A DNA stretch of 63,594 bases, the filler included, from Octopus bimaculoides (Eukaryota), in NCBI RefSeq assembly GCF_001194135.2. It is 7 parts of 6 records of this genome, joined end to end, with 100 filler letters (N's around TTAATTAATTAA, not from the genome) between each part and the next. Parts side by side here need not be neighbours in the genome. Positions count along the whole stretch, not along the records: positions 1 to 26,189 come from NC_068992.1; positions 26,290 to 27,820 come from NC_068982.1; positions 27,921 to 34,324 come from NC_068982.1; positions 34,425 to 54,805 come from NC_068989.1; 3 more parts are not named here. The stretch is one strand, 5' to 3'. Position 1 is the stretch's first letter, and every line of letters starts with the position of its first letter. The notes under the pieces were generated by a model. It did no database searches, had not been told where the DNA came from, and saw only the letters and a list, made by a program, of their open reading frames with translations. The position numbers were made by a program, and so were the translations under genes. Below, one piece after another: positions 26,157 to 38,200 of this stretch.

Positions 26157-26289
26157 GATAGATATCTTTTTATTATAGCCACACAGGGCNNNNNNNNNNN
26201 NNNNNNNNNNNNNNNNNNNNNNNNNNNNNNNNNTTAATTAATTAANNNNNNNNNNNNNNNNNNNNNNNNNNNNNNNNNNNNNNNNNNNN

Positions 26290-26324
<35 letters not shown>

Positions 26325-26614
26325 CCAAATTTTGATTCAATTTTTGGGATTAATCGATATGCAGGTATTCTATTTCAGATAATACAAAAAATAACCTAAT
26401 GAGTATATCTGAAAGTAAACTCATAATATCAGTTTGCACATCATGAAATAATACTTAAAGGATATAACCAAAATTACCAGCAGAGAATATATTATACTTC
26501 ATTAATTATCTCCTACTTTAGTAAATACTTAAATTTATTAAATATGATGAAACTACATGTGTTTCAGTATTGGAAGATTACAATATATATACATTTACAC
26601 AACTGTATACATAC

Positions 26615-26647
<33 letters not shown>

Positions 26648-26899
26648 CATATATGCAATCATCAGATTTATAATTATTCCAACACATCTTCAGGTTCTTT
26701 TTCAAAATATCATATATCTGATTTTATATCCCTTTAAAATATAATCAATAAAATTAAGCATTAAAGATTAAAAATCAAGAATTAAAAATAAAAATTATAC
26801 TTTGTAATACTAAGAATTAAAATTTAAATTATGCATTATAAATATCAATTAAAATCAATTTATAAAACAATTAAAATTAAATTGAGCTTTATATATGAT

Positions 26900-27075
26900 T
26901 TCTCATGTGTTTCAGTCATTGGATTATGGCCATGCTAGAACACCACCTTGTTAAAGTTTTAGTCAGATGAACTTACCCTAGTGATTATTTTTTCCTTGTT
27001 TTTAAGCCTTGTACTTATTCTATCGATCTCTTACTGAACCACTAAGTCACTGGGACAAAAACACACTAACATCGT
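26900..27075 (-). mobile_element. SINE family A, 3' half, CpG-decayed
   Basis: TTTCAGTCATTGGATTATGGCCATGCTAGAACACCACC..GTACTTATTCTATCGATCTC. Confidence 0.8.
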
Positions 27076-27245
27076 AAACACATATATAAACACATGTGTA
27101 CATATACATATAAACACACACACATACACACATATCATACATTTGGGTATACTAAGAAGAAACAGAGTATGGAATGGGGTGAAGGAACTCTTAGAATATA
27201 ACAAACACAATTTTCTACAATTTGATCTGCTACTTATGACACCAG

Positions 27246-27330
27246 AGAAATCCCATGCACAAAGATTTCACTCTATGAATCCTTCCTTAGCTGATGAGAA
27301 TTTGGATGAAATCAAGGCAGGCAGGCTAAG
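27246..27330 (+). CDS. candidate internal exon, product unknown
   Basis: ACCAG acceptor, strong AAG|GTGAGT donor, one open frame (EKSHAQRFHSMNPSLADENLDEIKAGRL), locally CpG-poor; no recognised homology. Confidence 0.25.
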
Positions 27331-27920
27331 GTGAGTTGGAATCCAGGAATGAAATTTACTGAACTGCAAGCGGGTGAGTGGTGTTGATGGGGGAAATGAA
27401 TGATAATGAAACTGATAGCATGGAGATGAAGTGATGTTGGTGGTAGTAGCATGGTTCCAGGAGAGGACAAGGAGAAGGAAGGGGGGTAGAGATAGTGGTG
27501 GCTGTGCTGGGAATATTTATCAAAGATGAAACACTGTAACCCTTGCCTGGATTGTTTAACCAAATTACCAAATCTGTGATAACTGCTATGAATGTCTTAT
27601 AATTAGTGGGCGGGAGTGAGTTGGAGTAGGAGTGAGGGGTTGGGGGAGAAACAAAAAAAACAAAGGGAAGAGAAGGGAAGAGAAGAGTAGAGAACAGAAT
27701 AAAGAAAGAAAGAAAGAAAGAAAGAGAGTGAGAGCAAAGAATGATATATGTATGCATCTATCTATTTATCTCTTTTATTCATGCTCTCTCCCTCTCTCAT
27801 ATATTTATATATATATATATNNNNNNNNNNNNNNNNNNNNNNNNNNNNNNNNNNNNNNNNNNNNTTAATTAATTAANNNNNNNNNNNNNNNNNNNNNNNN
27901 NNNNNNNNNNNNNNNNNNNN

Positions 27921-27966
<46 letters not shown>

Positions 27967-27967
27967 T

Positions 27968-27999
<32 letters not shown>

Positions 28000-28574
28000 C
28001 TAACATGTGTGTGTGTGTGTAGTTATACTGTCTGAAGTACACAAACACTCAGAAATCTTGTAACAGTAACTTGGTTGCAATAAGACATTCGACACCATTC
28101 CACACTCGTAGCTACTCCTGTCTCCATAGCTGGTTAAAACACCTTCTGCCTTATTGTCATCAAAACCTGTGTTTCTATTTATTTCGGCTTTAAATTTACT
28201 GTAATTTCTTTTACGAGATTCCACCGACTGTGTCCAAGGGTCTGCTGCAGCTAAAACATTAATATTGCAGGTAATTATTTGTGATTGATCTAAAAGATCT
28301 ATATCCGAAATATTTGCTATGCTGAAAAACTGCTGGATTTAAACACATTTTTCGATGATAAAGGGATGAAATTTGGTCAGAAGAAAAGTTCATACTTAAT
28401 AAATGAACTTGTTAAAACTGTTCCCTAAACCCAAACTGTTTGCTTCAATAGCGTTTCTATCTCTCCAATTCCTCAAAATTATTGTTACAAACACCTAGAG
28501 ATTCATGAAAAGTATATCATACAAAGGTACAATGAACAAAGATAGAATAACTACAATATGTTATAGCAGATTTA

Positions 28575-28970
28575 AAAAGATACGGCAGTCAGGGCTTTCC
28601 GTTTACAATAAGACAATATTCCTCCATGCATTTGCAGTACACGCACTAATACCGACACCTGGGAACTTGACTGATCTATAGAGGAAACCCGCTCCAGAGA
28701 CATTAAAATCCGAAAGATCTTGAGGGTGTACCGATCAGTCGTTTCGAATGTTAAACGACTGATCGGTACGCCCTCAGACCATTTGTGAATGGTTTTCGTA
28801 CGGTTGATTTTCAGACCGACCGCCGAGTCCCTGAAATCCAGTTCGTCCAGCATGGTCTGCAGTTGATCGGTGCTCTCTGCTATCAGCGCTGTCATCAGCG
28901 AATCTTAGATGGGTGAGCAGCTCTCCGTTTATCCTTTTGCCTCCGTTCCAGTTCACAAGCTTATTTTATC
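28575..28970 (-). mobile_element. RTE-clade LINE reverse transcriptase fragment
   Basis: NWNGGKRINGELLTHLRFADD, then frameshift to ALIAESTDQLQTMLDELDFRDSAVGLKINRTKT (RTE LRFADD..LQ.ML..L...GL.IN..KT). Confidence 0.9.
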
Positions 28971-29843
28971 CGCTTATCTGGAACAAATAAGCTAATATAT
29001 GCTGTCAAAATGTATTTATAAATGTGCGTTTATTAATATAAGTTCCTACATAAAAAGCCATGCATATGAGAGCTTGTTTATATGAACACAGAGGTTTTTT
29101 TTAAATATTAGCACATAGAGGGTAGCGAAGATCGGCAGAAACGATAAAGTATAGGACCAAATGTATTTCAATAGTAAACTACGTCTCTTCATATTCTCAA
29201 TTCAAAATCTACCTGATATCAACATTGTCCTTGATCGTTCTGAGGTGAATAAATGAAGAAACATTAAAGGACTGGAATCGTTTTAAGCGACAATATATTT
29301 ATCCAAAATCTGAGGACCCGTGTTAACGTTAGAAACTAATGAGCGGTAGAATAGTTAGCGCACTGGACAAAATGCTTAGCGGCATTTCTTCCGAATTCGT
29401 GTTCGGAGTTCAAATACCAGCGGGGTCGACCTTGATTTAACCACTGTTGTCGAAGAAGCCCTAGGTGTCTTGGAGTGAGATTTTAGTGAAGGAAAGCTCA
29501 TTTTAAGTAGTTACATTTCTGAATAAATTCTAACTTTAAATACGAAAAATCCATGTTGGGATGAATATGTACTCCCCACTAAATCTTGATATCAGTAACT
29601 TCATATGAGAAAGAAGACACGAAACACTAAACACGTAACTTTCTCTTCACAAGTTTTGTTATAAACATCGACCTCAGAATAATGTAATGATACTTGTTTA
29701 AATAAGTTGCAGCTTTTAATTCACAACTCATACATATACGTGTGTGCATTTATCTACACACACATACATGCACGCGTGCACGAGCGCACGCATGCACAAA
29801 CGCGTGCGCGCACACACACACACAGACCCACACACACACACAA

Positions 29844-29877
<34 letters not shown>

Positions 29878-30048
29878 TCGACGGGCTTCATTCAGTTTCC
29901 GTCTACCAGATCCACTCACAAGGGATCGGGCGGCCCGATATACACATGTATATATANNNNNNNNNNNNNNNNNNNNNNNNNNNNNNNNNNNNNNNNNNNN
30001 NNNNNNNNNNNNNNNNNNNNNNNNNNNNNNNNNNNNNNNNNNNNNNNN

Positions 30049-30099
<51 letters not shown>

Positions 30100-30789
30100 T
30101 GTGTGTGTGTGAGTATGTATGTGTATATATATATATGTGCGTGTGTATGTATGTATGTATGTACATATGTATATATATATACATATATGATAGTTTGTAA
30201 ACACACACAAATGCATACACATTCATATAAGGTATGATAGTATATCAGTGTGTATATGTGTGCTATGTCTGCGTGAGCATTTTAAGACTAGTGGAGACAG
30301 CAATGCGTCTGTGTGTAAGTGCGTGTATTCTACGTCGAAGACGAAACGAGGGGAAGATGGAAACGTCAACTGTTGTATAAATTAGTACAACGGATGTCGA
30401 TCGTGAAAAGTTGTTATCAGCAATTACCTTATGTGGCAAAATGGCAGCGGACATGTCACTGTCTTGTCGTCCGTATGAAGTGTCAATGAATTCACACCCC
30501 ATGCCTCACCTTTCTCTCTCGCTCATTCAGGAAACTTTATAACTCTCTTGTCAATGTTAAGTGTCTGGCCTTTTCCACACAAGACTCTCGTAGAGCACAT
30601 TTTCTGTCTTAAAGTCTCCTTCTCTTTTGCGTTCTTAATTCTGCCTCTGGAGATGGTGCATGTGGTCTTATGTACGTGTATGTGTGTGTGCATGTGTGCA
30701 TGTGTATTTGTGTGTGTGTGAGTGTATGTGTCTGTGTTTGTGTGTGTTGTAATTATTTAGATTTGTGTACATATTTACATAATTTACAG

Positions 30790-30806
30790 CAACAACAACA
30801 ACAACA

Positions 30807-30874
<68 letters not shown>

Positions 30875-30875
30875 C
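30790..30875. repeat. (CAA)n-(CTA)n compound microsatellite
   Basis: Direct reading. Confidence 0.95.
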
Positions 30876-32805
30876 GTTGCTGCTACTGACACTACTGCTG
30901 CTACGTCTGCTAACTGGTCGAATAATCGAGGATCTATGCAGTTTCTTGGTTTACTAGAAATAGAACTCAAATCTCGCCTATATATTAGACCTCGCCATCT
31001 TCCAAAAGAAGGACAAGATGAATAATTTGGTCGTAAATAGACTGTCTCCGGAAACAGGAAGGAATTAAGCTAGGATGTAATGCCTTTGATCACAGGTTTA
31101 CTCCATTATGGCTGACCTTGGGTTAACCAAGGATTACAACATTAATTACTACGGATGATGGGTTTAATGATTTCTTAGAGACAGACGCAGAAAAAACTGC
31201 GCAGTTAATTAAATCAACCAAAGTGTTGCCAGATAAAATATCCTACAGATCCCTAGGGTTGGAGATGAAAGCAGGGTCGCAATACCGGTTGAATTTCAAT
31301 TCACAGAATACAGAGGGCGCTGATTAGATATTGCAAAGTATTATAACCAGTATTCTATTGTTACCTCGATCCCACTGCTTTCATTTATATTACCACTTCT
31401 GCCTCTGTTAGTAACAATTATTAATAATTGTTACTAATAGAGACAAAAGGTCTTAAACTGGGAGAGGTGTTCGCCGTGAAAAAAACTGAGAGGTATTGTA
31501 CAACAGTCATAATTAGCTATGCAACTGCATCATCTTGTGACAATGAGAAAAAGATGGAAACCAAGCAAGAGTATCAGTGTGTCGGAAACAATCGGAAGAA
31601 AAGGAAAAGAAAGAGCAGAAAAGGAATACATTCCAAGGTAAGAGAAGCAAAATATGTGAGAAAGAGTCCATGACCTCCACGATGAATTGAAGCTCTTCTC
31701 AAAGGAAACGGAGGGCCGATTAGAATCGGAGAAAGACGAAGGAAGGAGTAATATTTTGAGAGAAGATGGAAATTTGCAAAATTAGGATCACGGGGCACTT
31801 TGTCTAAATCCAGTCGTACGGTCCATGGGTTATACTTAATACTTTTCATTGCATAACGATCTTACCTATCTCATTTTTATAATTAGTATTTTGCATAATT
31901 TTGCAAATCCTTCCTTTTGAAGTACATTGTGTGAATATGTATGTATGCATGTATGTATCTATGCATGTATGTATGTATGCATGTAGGTATTTATGGATAT
32001 ATGCATGTATATTTACAAGAACGGTGTAATTAATGCTTCGCGGGTATTCGTTCCGGCCTTTAACGTTCTCAATTCGAATCCCATTGCAATCAGCTTTGTT
32101 TTTCATTACTCAGCAATCGATGAAATAAATTACCAATCAAGAATTGAATCACTGTATTCGACTTGTCCTCCACCTCAAAACGGTTAGTGTTATACATACA
32201 TACATACATCATCATCATCATCATCATCATCATCATTATCATCGTCATCATCATCATCATCGTCATCATCATCATCATCATCATCATCAACATTATTATT
32301 ATAGACATCGCACAGTATACAATATCGTGAGGTTGTTGATTGAAGATATTGTATCTACCGGGAGTTTGTACTGTTTGTCAAGTTACAACAAGGACCTCAC
32401 ACAGACAGTACTATACGCAATATGCATGAAATTCCAATTAATGCCGACTTTTGCAGTACATCTAGATTGTATGGTATTTCTAAGGTTTTCAGATGTTTTT
32501 TTCAGATTGGGTGGTATTGAACCCAATGCTCCGATGACAATAGGGATAACCTTTTTATTTGACTCCCGTAGCTACCTCATCTTAGCGATCTCAATTTTCA
32601 GGTCTCCATATTTATCAACCTTTCCTCTTTCTTTCATGATGATATGTTAATCTCTTGGCACTGTCACGTCAATTATCAGGTACTCTTGTTTCCCTCCTAA
32701 AGGTTACTATATGCAACTTTCGGTGCTCTAACACTTTGTCAGTCTGGAAGTCAAAGCCCCAGAGGATTCTTGCCTTCTCTTTTTCTTCTATTACTTTTTG
32801 CGGTG

Positions 32806-32867
<62 letters not shown>

Positions 32868-32870
<3 letters not shown>

Positions 32871-33070
32871 CGTTAGCACGCTGGACAAACTGCTTAGCGG
32901 TATTTCGCCCGTCGCTAGGTTCTAAGTTCAAATTCTACCCAGGTCAAATTTGCCTTTCATCCTTTCGGGGGTCGATAAAATAAGTACCAGTTAAGTACTA
33001 GAGTCTAGAAAATCGGCTATTCCCCTCCCCCAAATTTCAGGTCTTGTACCTATAGAAGAAAGGATTATTA
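32868..33070 (+). mobile_element. SINE family B with CCCCTCCCCCAAATTTCAGG..AGAAGAAAGG tail, followed by (ATT)n to ~33148
   Basis: CGTTAGCACGCTGGACAAACTGCTTAGCGGTATTTCG..CTTTCGGGGGTCGATAAAATAAGTACCAG. Confidence 0.88.
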
Positions 33071-33076
33071 TTATTA

Positions 33077-33143
<67 letters not shown>

Positions 33144-34286
33144 TATTATGTTTTGAGTTCAAATTTCGCCGAGGTCGACTTTGCCTTTCATCTGTTCGGG
33201 GTTCAATAGAACGAGTGCTTGTTCAGCACTAGGGTGGATGTGATCGGCTTAAACCTTCCCCTCAAATTGCTAACCTTGTGCCAAAATTTAAAATCATTAT
33301 TACAATTAATTTTATTATAATTGAAGAAAAGAGAATATAAAGTGGACATTAAAAGTGGTTCTCGAAGAGTAATTGTTGATAAAACAAAATATACAGCAGA
33401 CACGCACGGACACAGACACTCATTTCCTCACACACACACACACCACCTTCCGCTCCAGTCGTATCATACTCACACTAGTTCACGAAACACACGAGTGCGC
33501 AAGTACATGTGTAATCACAGAATCTCACACTCACACTCCACACACATACGTATGCACAGACACACATACACATATACGCGCACACATGCCGAGAAGCGGA
33601 GTCACGCGCATTGATCATGAAGCAGAATAGAAATATACGGATAGATGGATGGATGAATATAAGTGAAGAATGATCGAAGAATATAAAAATGGAAGAAAGG
33701 TGGGAGATTAAAGTGGTTTTAAGGAGAAAGAAAAGAATTGGTTAAGCCTGTATCAGAAACTTTATCAAATTATTGTCGTCTGTTCAGTGCTTTGTTTAGA
33801 CAATACTCGTGAAAGCTAGTCGCTGGCACAAGTTATCTAATTAGGGACAACTGTCTCCATCAAGTGGCAGAAATATGGCGAACGAGACCTTCTCGCTACC
33901 GCCGATCCCGTTTAACCACCACCACGATCAACAACGCCGCCGCCACCATTACTATCGACTAATCGGTTAGAAAGTATAAAACAAGAGAAAAGTAGGTGTG
34001 AAAAGCAGAAGATGTGACAAGCAAACGGAATTACTGCATATATTTCTGTCGTCATCTTAAAACTTTAATATCATAAATATCTCTGCCGTATATTCCTAAT
34101 AGGATACTGGAATACAGAGCTGCGGTAATTTTACTCATGGTTTGCACACAAATGCACATACATATTACACGCAAACATACTCGTACGTGTATGCAATGAC
34201 ACACTAACATGAATCATAACACTCACAGACACAGACATATACAGACACACATGCACACAAACGTATAGATGCAACTATGTAGCCAG

Positions 34287-34324
<38 letters not shown>

Positions 34325-34430
34325 NNNNNNNNNNNNNNNNNNNNNNNNNNNNNNNNNNNNNNNNNNNNTTAATTAATTAANNNNNNNNNNNNNNNNNNNN
34401 NNNNNNNNNNNNNNNNNNNNNNNNTATATA

Positions 34431-34510
34431 TGTTTCGAAGAATTACAATTTATGCGATCCATAGGAATCGTCGATGTTAAAAATGTAAACTTCTCCTCAG
34501 GGAATGTATG
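34431..34510 (-). ncRNA. hammerhead ribozyme motif, 3' end lost in (TA)n/gap
   Basis: Minus strand CAUUCC-CUGAGGA-GAAGUUUACA..UGUAAUUCUUC-GAAAC-AUAU; the GUC site is not present before the gap. Confidence 0.6.
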
Positions 34511-34659
34511 GGAACCATCTTAAACGTAAGACATTATGACCGAGTATCTTCGAAACATATGTCGGAATAAAGTATGCAGTTATAACATGCGTTTACTCCA
34601 TATAGGAGAGTATTGTAGTTCGCTTGAAGCATTGTGTATTGTTTGTAAAGAATGAAAAG

Positions 34660-35000
34660 CTTCGAATGGTACAACAATGCACTATAATACAAAAATGGAC
34701 TATATACCTGTTGTGCCCTGCCACAAAAATTAAGAAATCTGCATAAGGTGGAAGCAGATGTCTTCAAAAAGGAACTAGACATCCTCCTCTCCACAATACC
34801 TGATGATCCAACAACAGCCTGACATGAGATGCAGACGAGGGCAGTGGAATGAAACTCCCTTATACACTAAATGGGCCAGCAGCTGGAACAAAGGCACATA
34901 CAGGAGTGGCGATGTGAAATGCTCCAGACTGAGGAAATCAGAAAGACCACGGTGGTGCTCCAGCATGACCCCAGGCGCATGGCTGAAACGAGTAAAATAA
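34660..35000 (+). mobile_element. CR1-like LINE 3' end (ORF2 C-terminus and 3' UTR)
   Basis: ALPQKLRNLHKVEADVFKKELDILLSTIPDDP..RAVE*NSLIH; same family as 17712-18100; ends GGTGCTCCAGCATG..CTGAAACGAGTAAAATAA. Confidence 0.85.
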
Positions 35001-35182
35001 TATATATANNNNNNNNNNNNNNNNNNNNNNNNNNNNNNNNNNNNNNNNNNNNNNNNNNNNNNNNNNNNNNNNNNNNNNNNNNNNNNNNNNNNNNNNNNNN
35101 NNNNNNNNNNNNNNNNNNNNNNNNNNNNNNNNNNNNNNNNNNATATATATAAATGGAGTTAAACGCAGATGTTATTCAAATT

Positions 35183-35280
35183 CTTTTATTTCCGACACAT
35201 GTTTCGAAGACAACATTGGTATTAATCCAAAGGAATAAAATGGTGTAAAACAATGTCGTCTTCTCTTCAGGGAAATAAAG
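35183..35280 (-). ncRNA. type I hammerhead ribozyme (minimal, PLE-type)
   Basis: Stem I UUUAUUUCC/GGAAAUAAA (9 bp); core CUGAAGA (35270-35264); stem II GAAGACGACAUUG/CAAUGUUGUCUUC (13 bp, one G-U); GAAA (35205-35202); short stem III AC-AUGU-GU; cleavage triplet GUC, predicted cut between 35194 and 35193. Confidence 0.85.
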
Positions 35281-35575
35281 AAATAAAACACACTCGTCCA
35301 TAAGACATTTTAACAGAATATGATGGATATGTATAGTGATGAACTGAACGCTATTAAGTTTTTTTTAATAAAAAACGTTAGAGAATATAACGTCAAAGGT
35401 AGTCTAAAGAAAGAGGAGGGATAAAGGAAAGAAATAAGCGGAAAACTAATAAATGAGAAATATAGAACGATATGTGAATTAAATAAAAGCTTAAAGGCTT
35501 GGAAAAAGATATATCTAGTGGAAGTGAAATGTAAGAAGAAAATCAATGTTCAAATTATATATAATGGTAGATACA

Positions 35576-35609
<34 letters not shown>

Positions 35610-35611
35610 CA

Positions 35612-35752
35612 TACGTATACGACGGGTTTCTTTCAGTTTCCGTCTACCAAGGCTTTGGTCGGCCCAAAGCTATAGAAGCGTCATGCAGTGGAGCGGAACC
35701 CGGAACATGTGGTTGGGAAGCAAGCTTCCTGCCACACAACCACGCCTGCGCT
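35612..35752 (-). mobile_element. SINE family A, 5' half with internal deletions
   Basis: CGACGGGTTTCTTTCAGTTTCCGTCTACCAA..GAACCCGGAACATGTGGTTGGGAAGCAAGC. Confidence 0.85.
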
Positions 35753-35784
35753 TTTATATATATATGTAAAGGTGCATAGAAGGT

Positions 35785-36050
35785 ACTTTTAAGGACAAAA
35801 ACACGGCATACATTGAGGATACATCTAGAAGTATAGCGGAGAGAATATATGCACACTTGAGACAATATGATGACAAGAAGCAGTCCTCTATAATCTACCA
35901 ACATGCCTAAGACCAACATGAAGGCACACTGGGACGACTTAACATCTGCATTTTATCCAAGCACCCGAAGACCCATCATTCAGACAAATACAAGAGTACG
36001 TTCATATGAACGAAACGTTCCCCATATCAAATAGGAAATACACGTAGAAG
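35785..36050 (+). mobile_element. Penelope-like element GIY-YIG endonuclease fragment
   Basis: AYIEDTSRSIAERIYAH..SSIIYQHA*DQH.. then RQIQEYVHM..PISNRK, matching YIGET.R...R..EH..S.L..H...H..R.I.E..I..P.LN. Confidence 0.8.
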
Positions 36051-36167
36051 GTAGAGATACCCCAATAACTACAGAATATATATACATAGGTACATTTGCT
36101 AATTGGAAGTTATGTACGCAACCAGATAGATACATAGGTAGGTAGGTAGGTAGGTAAGTACCATATA

Positions 36168-36359
36168 CAGTAATCCCTCGACTATCGCTGGTGTTACGTT
36201 CTAAATCTACCCCGTGATAGGTGAAAATCCGCGGAGTAGATTTTTATGATTTGTATATATTTAGCTTATTACAAATGCAAAACAACACCACAGAGGAATC
36301 GACGTAAGCTTAAATAATAAACCGCGATAGGTGAACTGCAGTATGGCCAGGGATTACTG
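36168..36359. mobile_element. Tigger/pogo-type MITE
   Basis: TIRs CAGTAATCCCT / AGGGATTACTG with TA on both sides (36166-36167, 36360-36361). Confidence 0.9.
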
Positions 36360-36372
36360 TATATACACACAC

Positions 36373-36409
<37 letters not shown>

Positions 36410-36539
36410 ACAAAGACATATATGGAAATGCACATTTATACATAACAGACGCACGTACATCATTATTCTTGAGAAAGAAAATTATGCACTCTGCTAAAAG
36501 TATATATACATGTATAGGTACATTTACTAATAGGCAGTT

Positions 36540-36685
36540 AAGTAGGTAAATAGATGGGTAGGTAAATAGATATGTAGGTAAACAGATAGATACGTAGGTA
36601 GGTAGGTTAGGTAGGTGGGTAGGTAGTTTGGTAGGTAGTGGGTAGGTAGTAGGTAGGTAGGTAGGTAGGTAGGTAGGTAGGTAGT
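36540..36685. repeat. degenerate (GGTA)n tetranucleotide array
   Basis: Direct reading. Confidence 0.9.
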
Positions 36686-36949
36686 ATAGACAGATAAGCA
36701 CACACATATGTACAGGCACACACGCACACACACACACACACACATACACACACAAGAAGACGGAAACTCATGGCCATATAGACACACACGTATGCACAGG
36801 AAGACACATATGGTGACACACATCCATACATAATAAATGCACGTACATCATTATTCTTGAGAAAGGAAAATATATGCCCTCTGCTAAAAGTATCGAGTAA
36901 ACCCTCAGTTTAATGGAAATTTGTTTTTTATCAAAATACACAAAAAATA

Positions 36950-37170
36950 ATAAGGCGTGCTGGCAGAATCGTTACCGCGTCTGGCAGAATGCTTGGCGGC
37001 ATTTCGTCCGTCCTTACGTTCTAAGTTCAAATTCCGTCGAGGTTGACTTTGCCTTTCATTCTTCGAGGTCGATAAAATATCTAACAGTTGAGCACTGGGA
37101 TCGATGTAAACCGACTTACCCTCTCACTCGACACTGCTGGCCTTGTACCAAAATTTGAAACCATTATTAC
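36950..37170 (+). mobile_element. SINE family B
   Basis: TGGCAGAATCGTTA..CGGCATTTCGTCCG..AGTTCAAATTCCG..CTGGCCTTGTACCAAAATTTGAAACCATTATT. Confidence 0.85.
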
Positions 37171-37293
37171 AAGCCATAAGAATAAAGATTAATATATAGC
37201 TATATACATACATACATCTTTATATATGTGTGTGTGTGTGAGTGAGTAAGTGCGTGCGTGTGTGTGTGTGTGTGTGTGTGTGTNNNNNNNNNN

Positions 37294-37339
<46 letters not shown>

Positions 37340-37619
37340 TGAAGGCATGTGGCTTAATGGTAAGAATGTTGGCCTCTCAATCATAAGGAAATGAGTTCGA
37401 TTACTAGACCGGGTGTAACATGATTTCATGTTACACTAATCTAATCAGCTGAAAATGAGTACCAACTGACTAGTGGTGCAGCCTTTTCTCTCTCCTCGAG
37501 CGGTCACACCTCGATGTTCAGTTTGATCATGTGTGAGAAGTCCGAGAGGATGCTTATGCACATTCACACCCACATACATCTACCTAGCTATCAATCTATC
37601 TGTCTGTCTGTCTATATAA

Positions 37620-38200
37620 GTGCTATTTAAGCAACGATACTCAATACATTTGAGTTCTTTTAAGTATGAAAAATGCAGCAAGTCTACTTCTCTTGTCGAC
37701 CACATACACTACCTTAATGGAGAAAATATACCATACGATATAACTTGGTCCATTATTGACTTAGGACTTCCATATCAGGGCCAAAATGCTCCGTATTGGT
37801 TATGCTTGAAAGAATTTATACAAATACTGTCACATAGCCCAGGGGTTTTCAAACTGTGGTCCGCAAGGACAAGATAGGAGGTCCGTAGACAGCAAATACT
37901 TTTTATGGGCAATTTGATTTTATATATGTTTTTTAATCGAAATCTTTTAATTGACAATAAACCTATTTGTTAAATACTGTTAAATAAATAAATGCAAAAA
38001 TATATGTTATTTTAAGCAAATATTTATGTATAAATTTCATAAGCGTTTATAAGGAGGTCCCTAAGGTAAAGCCTGAAATATAAAGGGGTCCGCAAGTCAA
38101 AAAGTTTGAAAACCCCTGACATAACCCAACACAATTAAGTATTAAACGGACACCATGAAGCGTTCAGCTCTTGTGTTCAGAAATTCTTTGAGACCTTTCA
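37620..38200 (+). mobile_element. Penelope-like element GIY-YIG C-terminal fragment, interrupted by a hAT MITE
   Basis: FKQRYSIHLSSFKYEKCSKSTSLVDHIHYLNGENIPYDITWSII..PY..WLCLKEFIQI matches FK.R...H..SF..T.L...W.L..I.W.I..Y..CLCL.E; the frame resumes after 38118. Confidence 0.85.
37840..38118. mobile_element. hAT (Charlie-like) MITE
   Basis: 16-bp TIRs CAGGGGTTTTCAAACT / AGTTTGAAAACCCCTG; 8-bp TSD ACATAGCC / ACATAACC. Confidence 0.92.

Noticed and set aside
26234-26245. TTAATTAATTAA inside N runs (also 27865, 34369, 54850, 60627, 62400)
   Set aside because: Where counted it is 44 N + 12 nt + 44 N, a 100-nt scaffolding spacer with stops in all six frames; an assembly artefact.
27287-27315. 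CUGAUGA..GAAA spacing; also CUGAUGA at ~53643
   Set aside because: No stable stem II, stem III or NUH site; chance matches.
28080-28250. KTFDTIPH..VQGS resembling LINE RT motifs
   Set aside because: The intervening residues do not fit the RT consensus and contain three stops.
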